Assembly (NCBI GenBank): GCA_030141605.1
Contig: JAQGDQ010000166.1
Location: 293,670-305,815 of the forward strand
Source: Tubiluchus corallicola
Lineage: Eukaryota; Animalia; Priapulida
DNA: 12,146 nucleotides
Direction of reading: 5' to 3'
Position numbers and translations under genes: made by a program. The notes under the pieces were generated by a model that worked only from the letters and a program-made list of their open reading frames with translations, searched no databases and was not told the origin of the DNA. Shown here piece by piece: positions 1-9,439 of the stretch. Positions within the stretch are counted from its first letter, which is position 1. The number at the start of each line of letters is the position of its first letter.

Positions 1-746
1 TAAACAATAGTTAACATGAAACCACAGTAAACAATGTTTCCTACCTCACCACAAAATAAACAATAGTTAACATGAAACCACAGTAAACAATGTTTCCTAC
101 CTCACCACGAAATAAACAATAGGTAACATGAAACCACAGTAAACAATGTTTCCTACCTCACCACGAAATAAACAATAGTTAACATGAAACCACAGTAAAC
201 AATGTTTCCTACCTCACCACGAAATAAACAATAGTTAACATGAAACCACAGTAAACAATGTTTCCTACCTCACCATGAAATAAACAATAGTTAACATGAA
301 ACCACAGTAAACAATGTTTCCTACCTCACCACGAAATAAACAATAGTTAACATGAAACCACAGTAAACAATGTTTCCTACCTCACCACAAAATAAACAAT
401 AGTTAACATGAAACCACATTAAACAATGTTTCCTACCTCACCATGAAATAAACAATAGTTAACATGAAACCACAGTAAACAATGTTTCCTACCTCACCAC
501 GAAATAAACAATAGTTAACATGAAACCACAGTAAACAATGTTTCCTACCTCACCACAAAATAAACAATAGTTAACATGAAACCACATTAAACAATGTTTC
601 CTACCTCACCATGAAATAAACAATAGTTAACATGAAACCACAGTAAACAATGTTTCCTACCTCACCACGAAATAAACAATAGTTAACAGTAAACAATGTT
701 TACTACCTCACAACGAAATAAACAATAGTTAACACCAAACCACAGT
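1..746. repeat. 56-bp minisatellite, about 13.5 copies, running off the left edge
   Basis: Unit TAAACAATAGTTAACATGAAACCACAGTAAACAATGTTTCCTACCTCACCACGAAA starts at 1, 57, 113 ... 673. Unit 13 has a 10-bp deletion and a partial unit lies at 719-746. Confidence 0.98.
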
Positions 747-753
747 GACTTAC

Positions 754-883
754 AAGCAAAGCCCGCCAAAGCTTCTGCAATGCAAACTTTTGCGTTTATG
801 CAAAGGAATCGCCAATGCCAAGACGACGAACAACATTATAGCACAGCAAAATGTGAAAGCATACAACATTATGCCAGTGTTTA
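754..883 (-). CDS. Transmembrane exon of the same gene
   Basis: Acceptor cctcatag|TA (an in-frame TGA just upstream bounds it) and consensus donor TGCTT|gtaagt; 130 nt, phase 1 to 2. Translation xNTGIMLYAFTFCCAIMLFVVLALAIPLHKRKSLHCRSFGGLC: about 24 hydrophobic residues followed by a basic HKRK stop-transfer motif. Confidence 0.8.
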
Positions 884-1253
884 CTATGAGGTATGATGTT
901 CAAATGCTATAATTTATACTAGACAAACATGCATTACTACGAAAAACTAGTGATTCATTTCCTTAGAAGAAATAATTAAAAGTCGCCATTTCCGCATATT
1001 AATTACTTTGAAAATAATTTAGGATAATTTTTGAGGAATTTTTAATAAAAAATTGCCTTTTCTACCACACTAAGTACAAGAACGTATTTCTAACAAATGA
1101 TAAAAATACATATCATCAGTTTTTCTTTGAAAAAACATAATAAACATGTTATTTACATCTACAGCAGACAGTTATTTAGATTTACTGCATAAACATTTCA
1201 ACAGCCACGCTAATAAACAAACTATAAATTAAATTAACTTCTAATGAACTCAC

Positions 1254-1273
1254 ATTTCACAGGAGCAGATAAG
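1254..1273 (-). CDS. Candidate 20-nt microexon encoding the juxtamembrane stalk (L)LSAPVK(L)
   Basis: catttag|CTTATCTGCTCCTGTGAAAT|gtgagt: canonical acceptor and consensus donor. Phase 2 to 1 is exactly what is needed to join exon C to the TM exon. A TACTAAC lies at 1326-1320, about 46 nt upstream of the AG. Confidence 0.55.
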
Positions 1274-1301
1274 CTAAATGTTTACACAAAATGAACACCG
1301 C

Positions 1302-2172
1302 ACAACACGTTACTCACGCGTTAGTAACAACTATCGCGACACTAGGTTACACATGCGGTAGTAACAACTGTCATGACATTAAATTACACATGCGTTAATA
1401 ACAGCTGTTGCAACACTATGTTACTGACACGTTAGTAACAACTGTCACGACACTAGGTTACTCACGTGTTGGTAACGACTATCATTAAGAACTCCCACAA
1501 TACTAGTTTACTTATGCATTAGTAACAACTGCCATTAAAAACTGTTACAACACTAGATCACTCATGTGTTAGTAACAACTGCCACTAAAAACTGTTACAG
1601 CACTAAGTTACTCATGCATTAGTAACAACTGTATTAAAAAACAATCACAACACTAGGTTACTCACGTGCTAGTAATAACTGCTGCTAAAAACACTAGGTT
1701 GCACAAGTGTTAGTAACAACTGCCACTAAAAACTGTCATAACCCTAGGTTATTCGCGTGTTAGTAACAGCTGACACAACACTAGTTACTTACGTGTTAGT
1801 AACAAATGCCGCTAAAAACAATCACAACTCTAGGTTACTCACACGTTAGTAACAACTGCCACTAAAAACACGAGGTTACTCGTGTTAGTAACAACTGTAC
1901 TAAAAACTGTTACAACACTAAGCTACTCACATGTTAGTAACAACTGCCACTAAAACTGTCATAGCGCTAGGTTACTCACATGTTAGTAACAACTGCCGCT
2001 AAAAACTGTAATAACACTAGGTCACTCACGCATTAGTAACAACTGCCACTAAAAACATGAGGTAACTCACGTGTTAGTAACAACTGTCACAACACTAGGT
2101 TACTTACATGTTAGTAACAACTGTCACAACGCTAGGTTACTCACGTGTTAGTAACAACTGTCACTAAAAACA
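1302..2172. repeat. Degenerate minisatellite, about 20 units of ~37, ~41 or ~50 bp, with a quasi-palindromic core
   Basis: Core GTTACTCACGTGTTAGTAACAACTG recurs from ~1309 to ~2160. Length classes differ by presence of a GCCACTAAAAACT block. GTTACT and AGTAAC are reverse complements. Confidence 0.95.
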
Positions 2173-2487
2173 CAAAAATTATTAATAGACACATTAAAAA
2201 TGCATGCTGAACCTGTATAAAGGTGGCGAGATGCGGTTTCCATATAAATTATTACAATCTCTTGGTGCACAAGTTTTGAACTATGATTATTGGGAGTTTT
2301 GGAACAAAAAAAGACGATATAATTACTATTAGTATCTTCTGCAAACACAATGAGCGAACGTAAAGCTTGTTTCACACTTGCGCTTCAAATAGCCGGCTAT
2401 CTAAATGTGAATGGGCTGCTAAATAGTGTCGGAAAGGTTGAAGTACACTAATAGCTGACGAGAGCATAACTCATACTAACTATATAA

Positions 2488-2850
2488 TAGTGTGCTTGCA
2501 AACCAAAGCTGTCCATAAGTCGACGTGCAGTTAAAACTACGTTACGATGCTTCAAAGTAGATGGCACTTTGGTCAAATGTCATTTTTTGTTTTTTTATAA
2601 AAATAAATGCTAAGTATATTGGACTTTTATATTCTAACATCAAATTATCAAGAAAATGCTCAAAAAAAATACTAAAAATCTGCACCTAAACTTCAACGTG
2701 GATTATCTCAGCTTAGAAACAACATAGAGTGATGAACTTGGTATCAAAATGATCCCCATGAAATGGAGTTTCAAGATACGCGATTCACTAGAAAAGCTCG
2801 TGATTCACTAAATGTCGACTTATGGACGATTTTGCTATGTAAGCATTCAA
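2488..2850. mobile_element. MITE-like non-autonomous DNA transposon with ~37-bp imperfect TIRs (possibly Tc1/mariner-type)
   Basis: GTCCATAAGTCGAC (2511-2524) is the perfect reverse complement of GTCGACTTATGGAC (2814-2827). Imperfect pairing extends outward (TGCTT..CAAA / TTTG..AAGCA) to TA-rich flanks. Confidence 0.7.
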
Positions 2851-3260
2851 TATATCTATGTCAGAATTATGTAACTGAATAAATCCTAACATGATTTTTG
2901 CATGAAAGTAGAATAATATCAACAACTCAGTTCTCGTTTACAGAACTTACAAAAATATGCTAATGCACTACATAGCCAAGCGCGATCTAGGTGAGGACAA
3001 AGCTGAATTGTCACAATGTATTTTTTTCGTATAATGCCTCAAAATGAAAATAAACTTTTCGAATATTATTACAATGCGCGTTGTTATTGTACACGTTATC
3101 TCACTGTGGTCATAAATACAGCCAGAATTGCACATCAAAGTTCATTAAGTGCAGAAAATCAAAGCTTTGACCCAGTTTTGTGATTTGTAACTTGAAATTG
3201 TAAAATAATTAATGGTTAAAATGCTAAGGATTACATTAATCTGCAAATAAATGTGCTTAA

Positions 3261-3661
3261 AGGAAGACGGGATGATTTCTTACATACTATCTCATTTTTA
3301 AGTACCGTAAAAAGTATACATTTTAACAAAAAGAATACTGCGAAGGCTTTCTAATAATTAAATAATAGATTAAAATCTTAATTAACGAGAGGACGTCACA
3401 AACTAACACCTCAGATCTGGGAGGTACAGCACTTGTTTTATGTGCAATGTGTTTCCAAAGTGCAGGCGCTAGTGCCCATCTAAATAGTGAATGGTGAAAT
3501 GCATGTAAACAGCGAAGAACTAGTGGCACGAACGTGAAATTGTGTTTGTGTGGTGATAATTCTTTCATGTAAGTCATTTTTGAAAAAAAATGTGTTTCCT
3601 TTCAATATTTTAAAGAGTAGATTGTTTTGATCTACAGTTTAAGATCGTGTCCAGTTCTGCT
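3261..3661. mobile_element. Non-autonomous Kolobok-like DNA transposon, copy 1 (internally deleted)
   Basis: Starts TTAA|AGGAAGACGGGA and ends TCCAGTTCTGCT|CTAA. Colinear with 10434-11027 (shared TGCAGGCGCTAGTGCCCATCTAA and CCTTTCAATATTTTAAAGAGTAGATTGTTTT). A TTAA target with AG...CT termini is the Kolobok signature; piggyBac would start with CC. Confidence 0.7.
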
Positions 3662-3892
3662 CTAAAGCAACACCCAGTTTGGCCCATACACGGAGAAGTG
3701 ACCACTGTGAAGGCGGATTTTGAGCACACAACCCAGTTACTTACTTCATTGAGTGAATAACAGTATTTGGGCTAATGACTTCCACAAATTGAAAAGCTAC
3801 GGCCTAATATTATGCTAAGACCTGACTGTTAATTAAACAACGACCATTAATTTAAAATTATGGTGGCAAATCAAATTATAAATGAAACATAC

Positions 3893-4016
3893 AGGCATTT
3901 TCCTGTGAAAGGGTTACATTCGCCTTGTCCTTCAGCACATCCGCAGTCTATGTTCCCACAGTTGGTGCTGGTGTCTTCAATACCGCACTCTCTGTCGCAC
4001 ATAGAACCAGAAAACC
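3893..4016 (-). CDS. Exon C of the same gene, terminal (truncated) EGF unit
   Basis: Acceptor gaatttcag|GG and donor TGCCT|gtatgt; 124 nt, phase 1 to 2. Joins exon B (G|GG = Gly). Translation FSGSMCDRECGIEDTSTNCGNIDCGCAEGQGECNPFTGKC(L). Confidence 0.9.
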
Positions 4017-4618
4017 CTGAAATTCAAACAACAATGTAATAAGAGTTTTCACAGTTTCAGTGTGCGCACGTGCAGTTGCTGCAGGTTAAAGCTTAAGTCC
4101 ATTCCAACAATGTGTCTTAACTACAACCGTCACGTGACGTGTGTGTAAAGCGAAGCTGTCTGCCATATCAGTTCAACAACTTCCGTTGTTTTACGTGGAA
4201 TTTACTTAATTATGCATTGGTCTGTGTCTAGAGTGATTTACTAGCAAGATCTTGCTTGGGAAAAAGAAAAAATGAACTAGATAAGGTTCTATCTAGCTGC
4301 TAAAACTGTTACTATCACAATAGCAAGGGCTGCGAGACATTGTCAAGTGTACACAAATGCGTATTTCTGGTACACTTAACCTTTGACATTTTCATAATCA
4401 TAATCAGCCGCTGGAACTGTGAAACAACTTTTTGTACTTACAGTGTACGATAAAATACAATGCAATGACGTTTATTACCATTCTTTTACATGTTTAAGAT
4501 ATCCGCCATCACAAAGTCATACAAAGAATAAATCAGTAATAATCTCAGTCGACTCTTAAAAGTGACATTTAATAATTTTGTGCGTTAAAAAGAAAATGAA
4601 GCAAAATTTTCTCTTTAC

Positions 4619-4731
4619 CTTCATCACACACACATAAACCATCGGTGTGTCGACAAGTTCCGTTCCCGCAGTATTTGCACCTGCTTGTGCAGTTCTCACC
4701 ATACCAACCACCTTGGCACACCTGATCACAC
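4619..4731 (-). CDS. Exon B of the same gene, laminin-type EGF unit
   Basis: Acceptor tttgctcttcag|G and donor GAAG|gtaaag; 113 nt, phase 2 to 1. Joins exon A exactly (AA|G = Lys). Translation CDQVCQGGWYGENCTSRCKYCGNGTCRHTDGLCVCDE(G), with N-glycosylation sequons NCT and NGT. Confidence 0.93.
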
Positions 4732-4852
4732 CTGAAGAGCAAATTTACAATTAATTATTAGTTTATCAATTAATAAACACATTATTACATTAAAATTTGC
4801 TAACCTAACATTCAAAATCAGTAGTAGTAGTAGTAATAGCACAGTAGCAGTA

Positions 4853-4964
4853 GCAGTATTTGCACCTGCTTGTGCAGTTCTCACCGTACCATCCACCTTG
4901 GCACACCTGATCACACCTGAAGAGCAAATTTACAATTAATTATTAGTTTATCAATTAATAAACA
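4853..4964 (-). pseudogene. 112-bp duplicate of the exon B acceptor region and first 64 nt of exon B (pseudo-exon)
   Basis: Matches 4668-4779 (offset 185) except at two positions. Intact acceptor AG at 4918-4917. Embedded between CAGTAG/TAG microsatellite tracts. Confidence 0.92.
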
Positions 4965-5023
4965 GTAGCAGTAGCAGTAGCAGTAGCAGTAGCAGTAGCA
5001 GTAGCAGTAGCAGTAGCAGTAGC

Positions 5024-5102
<79 letters not shown>

Positions 5103-5154
5103 CTAGTAGTAGTAGTAGCAGTAGCAGCAGCAGTAGCAGTAGCAGCAGCAGTAG
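4963..5154. repeat. Compound microsatellite (CAGTAG)n-(TAG)n-(CAG/TAG)n, with a short sister tract at 4819-4858
   Basis: Directly visible. It produces the spurious poly-Leu ORF 4951-5166. Confidence 0.98.
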
Positions 5155-5563
5155 TTTATTGTCCATAAAATTAATATTTACAATCTTCAGCAGGGATAGC
5201 AGAATTGAAACATTTCATAGTCCAAAATTTTAAACTTTTCAGAAAACAGCAACATTATACAAAGGTTAAAAAGTTCACAATAACAAATTTTCATTCAGTG
5301 TCAGTGAAAATATGAAAAAAATATGATAATGACTGAGCTGAGATTACAGAATTTCACAGAATTGTAGCACTTCACTGTGGTACTTGCAAAAGTTAGTGTG
5401 TTTACTTTAGATTTTAAAATATTAAAACAGAACTCAAAATCAAAAATTGCTATTCATAATTAACGTTAAGGATTTTCTTCTAGTTTGTTGTTAAATGACA
5501 GTCCATCAAAACGTGATTTTCAGTTTAGATTTCTCCACAATTGCGGAGTCTCTGTCTTCTACC
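4965..5563 (-). mobile_element. Decayed 3' end of a non-LTR retrotransposon: zinc-knuckle remnant, 3'UTR, AATAAA and (CTA/CTG)n tail
   Basis: Minus strand from 5563 reads GRRQRLRNCGEI*TENHVLMDCHLTTN*, which fits a degenerate RLCxCGxxQTExHVxxxC knuckle with TGC>CGC and CAA>TAA changes. AATAAA (5160-5155) directly abuts the microsatellite. Confidence 0.6.
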
Positions 5564-5607
5564 TAAAAGAGTGTATACGCACACGCGTAAGAAATTACAT
5601 ATATTCA

Positions 5608-5955
5608 TTACATAGTATATTGTTCAACATGTCTTAAAAACGTTTTTTCAACATAATCAATAAATGCCTTAATTACTTCTAAATCAAGAGCAAAAATTCA
5701 TCAGCATCACTCATAAAGAAAAATTCTGGTTTAATTACACTGATGTGATTACATAATTTTCCACTAAGATCATTGGAATATGGACATTTTATAACAAAGT
5801 GTAATTCGTCTTCGATTTCATTTCTTAAACAGTGCGAGCATATACGATTTTCAGTCGGAATTTTTCTAGGTTTAACGTACTTCCTCTTTCATTACACAAA
5901 GTATGAGAGTTGATTCTCAGTTTTGTAAATTTTGCTATAGTATATTTGAAATAAC
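5608..5955 (-). mobile_element. Decayed LINE ORF2 C-terminal CCHC zinc-knuckle fragment (RTEX-like)
   Basis: YFKYTIAKFTKLRINSHTLCNERG-(frameshift at ~5880)-YVKPRKIPTENRICSHCLRNEIEDELHFVIKCPYSNDL...MSDADEFL. This is the typical TKLRxxxHxLxxExGRY...RxCxxC...EDExHFxxxC motif. The clade assignment is tentative. Confidence 0.85.
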
Positions 5956-7232
5956 CAGAAGCACTTTTACGTTTTCTTACCTTCAATTTTTTTACATTCT
6001 TTTGGCAGTCTTTAGCAAACTCTTGGATACATAAACAGTTTAACTAATTACAAAATCTAATTTAAAAACTAGTTGGCAATGTTTCTGAACTGGTCAGAAA
6101 CTGAAGATTTTGCAGACGACGTTTGGTGCCTTGTAAATACCCAAGCCTCCTGCTTGAAAATTATAATTTAGAATTTTATTGAATTCGTATTGTTGCTTGA
6201 TTACGCTTCACAACGAGATCACAATTTTCAACTTTTTAACCCGTGTCCCATGCGTCAAAGGTCAGCCAATCGTGGCATAACTTATACCATTCAATTTGCC
6301 TCACTGAGAACTTTATTTGATACACTACAAGCTAGTTTCGGTTAACACTTAAAGTATTTGTCTTCTCGACCCCTATTTTGTCCCCCAGAGGGGTCACAGG
6401 TTAATCATTCCAACTATAACATATGCCATTGGATCCTCATTTCACGAGACCTTTCATTTGATATGCTACATGATACTACTGCTCAACACACTGTGCATTT
6501 CCATTTGCGACCCCCCGTTTTTTCGGTTTTTGCCCTGTAGCAAAAAATCTTCCTGAACGTGAATGACAAGGGTGCAACCACACCTAGCAACATATTGTGG
6601 CTCTAGCTCAAAAACAAGATGTGGGACTAGATGGATTATAAAGAAAAATAAATAAAGCCCCCCTTGCTCCATGACCTTTGACCAGATGAAAAACAGTAAG
6701 ATTTTGCTATATTATTTTGTAATTCGAAGGGCAGTGTAGGTGAGGTCAAAACGAAGCTGGATGCAGATTCTAGGGCATTTCACTTAGACATATTTTCCTC
6801 TTATTAAAAACAGATTGCATGCAGATGCCACCTTCTGGTTTCTAAATTAAAAGCTGCTCTGTAGCAGTAAAACTGAAGTGTCACTTTCATGGGAAATACT
6901 ATATTCCCTATAAGCCCTGTTAATTGAATACAGTTATATACACAGTGGCGAGATTCAAGGTTTCAGTGTTAGAGTACATGACCAACTACGAGCATGTTTG
7001 ATTATGCATGAAATAATGCGCATGCGCAAACATTGCACGCATTTGCGCCAGGTCTGTCAACAACTACCCACTGGAGATATACACTAACATTTCTAGTATC
7101 TCAGAGAGGTTAAACTGAAGATGAAAAACGGACACTGGGGGTCGAATATTTGGGAGTAAGTCATCAAGAGCTCTACCTACCGCACCTTCTTACACCACAA
7201 CCTATGTAACATTTAGTCATGTTCATCATAAC

Positions 7233-7625
7233 CACGGCCGAATCCTTCAGGCTTGTACAGGCTGCAGCCAAGGGCCCCTCAATCTTGGGGGGGGGGGTTT
7301 CAAGCGCTGGTAACATTTGGTAAAAAATCGGTTTTTTCACTATGGTTGTGTTGAAATATGCGCTAATTTGGTTCTCCATAAATAGTAAAATAGTGGTATT
7401 TCTTAAAGAATATTTTTATTGACGAACGAAAGATAGCAATTCTAGTTTATTTAAAGAATTTACAAATTTTGCAATAAGTTTGTTTCGAGCTATGTAAATG
7501 TCGTTAAAATATATCATCAGTAAAAAATACTCGAGACGTTGCAATGAAGTTAGAATGTGGCTTCGTCTGAGGGGGCCATAATTTCATTAGTCTAGGGGCC
7601 TTACAAGGTCAAAATCGGACCCCTG
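7233..7625. mobile_element. Possible hAT-type MITE
   Basis: Ends CACGGCCGAAT... and ...AATCGGACCCCTG resemble CAGGGCCGGATT-type TIRs. Subterminal GGGCCC/GGGGCC boxes occur at both ends. The 8-nt flanks ATCATAAC/AGTACAAC match at only 5 of 8 positions. Confidence 0.45.
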
Positions 7626-8865
7626 AGTACAACAAAAGAAAAAGGCGGAGTGGGGCTGCAGTTGGTCTTCAAATATGGATGATTCATTTATAATTACCAC
7701 AAGCAGTATTATTTTTTATCAAATGATCATTGTTGTAAGGCACTTCAAGTTCAATATATGCAAGACGCTCGGACACAATACGAAACAGCGAGTCCCACAT
7801 TCCGCATTAAGCAAGTAGCATGGTCAGCCAAGCAGTAAGTGACGTCATTTGGCTACCTCACTCCAAAAATAACATATGAGCCATTCCATTATCGCTGCGT
7901 ATCTAGAAGGTGAAGAACTTAAAGGCTTATATAAACCCCCGTATGCAATGAAGTTTTTCAGTGCATTATTATGGTTACACAAAGAATTCATAGTTATTCT
8001 TAAACAAAAGAGACTTACAATTCAAATAACTTACCTTTTTCTGGCGAATTTCGTCTATTTTGCGTTTTTGCGAGAGTAAGCGAGAATGACGTACGGGGTA
8101 CAGAAAGCGTCTTTGGTTACCCATGTTTGTTTGCCGATCTTTGGTGACCTCGTGACTGTACTCCTTACGTCATTGATCACACGCAACAAAAAATGGCTGT
8201 TCATCAAATTTAATACCGCTAACAACGAAGTGATAAAGATCAAAAGAAACAAGTTTTACAGTAAGTTTATAATAAACTAAATTGAATATTCGTAATGAGA
8301 GCAGGATTTTAAGTTTCCAGAACAAGCGTAACTCAGACTCAAAGTGAATTTTAACTAGCCTTAACAACAACCCTGCGTCAGCCTCCCAGTCCAGTCAAAA
8401 CTCTCTTGAGCAAGAGCCGGAACTGCAGTTAAAATAGCCCTCGTTAAACACAATACGTGTCAATAGAAAAACTCGTTTGCCGCCTGGTAAATAACCGGAG
8501 ATCTAGCTAGAAAAAAATACTACACTTTGCAATCTTACAGTAACTGAATGTTTGGATGTCGTACAGTTAGACAGATGAGTTGTTAAACACTTTTCATTTC
8601 AATATTAAATCATCTGTACGATAACACGGTGATATTTCTGAACTCGGTTTTTACACTACCTGCACACAGAGATGAGTAATTTCTCTGACGTGTTTTCAAT
8701 CAATTCAGACGTCTGCACGTGTTAATTATCTACCTATTAAATCAGCGTTAAATATGTACATGTATATCCGGCTGTACGACACACAGCTGTGTACGCCGCC
8801 CACGCCACCCACTTAAATAAACAAAAACTAAACGTGTTAAAGTGAAACCCTCAACTAACCCATAC

Positions 8866-9060
8866 GTTGACGCTAGGCTGGGTCAGTGTTACCCATTGTG
8901 GACGCCGGGCTGGGTCAGTGTTACCCACTACAGATGCCGGGCTGGGTCAGTGTTACCTACTGCGAACGCTAGGCTGGGTCAGTGTTACCCACTGCGAACG
9001 CTAGGCTGGGTCAGTGTTACCCACTGAGGACCATGAGCTGGGTCAGTGTTACCCAATGTG
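8866..9060. repeat. 32-bp minisatellite, 6 copies
   Basis: GCTGGGTCAGTGTTACC at 8877, 8909, 8941, 8973, 9005 and 9037. Confidence 0.95.
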
Positions 9061-9439
9061 TGACTACGTTAAATAGGAACAGTTTTCTGCAAAGCTTGTG
9101 CGCATAGTTCGATGAGTTGGCATCTTTCACAGTAAAAATCTTTATCGACTGGAAATTTAAAATTTTGAAAATCTTGCTACCATTGACCTTTTAACAATTC
9201 CAGTGATTGATGATGAGCGTGAAAAGGTCAAAGGCTAAGTGTACCAGAGAATGCATTTGTGTACACTTGACAACGCCTGGCAATCCATGCAGTTGTAACA
9301 GTAACAGTTTTAATGGAACCTTACCTGGTCCATTTTTTCTTGTTCCCGAGCAAGATCCTGCCAGTAAATCACGCTACGCACAGATTACTGCATAATTAGG
9401 TAAACTCCATGCAAAACAGCTGAAGTTACTGAACTGATG

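Noticed and set aside
2968-3138. Short minus-strand frame MCNSGCIYDHSEITCT... resembling an EGF end
   Set aside because: There is no usable AG acceptor, and in-frame stops lie immediately upstream.
3745-3803. Exon candidate ending ATGAA|gtaagt just downstream of exon C
   Set aside because: Every phase-2 acceptor I tried meets a stop codon, so it is incompatible with exon C.
4951-5166. Poly-Leu ORF (71 aa)
   Set aside because: It is a translation of the CTA/CTG microsatellite.
8866-9060. CRISPR-like repeat/spacer appearance
   Set aside because: The spacers are only ~13 nt and related to each other, there are no cas genes, and the context is a eukaryotic intron.
9325-9357. 33-nt frame-preserving cassette exon candidate (tggcag|...CCAG|gtaagg)
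   Set aside because: It has a strong donor but a weak acceptor, and would insert 11 residues inside an EGF unit whose A-B junction is already perfect.
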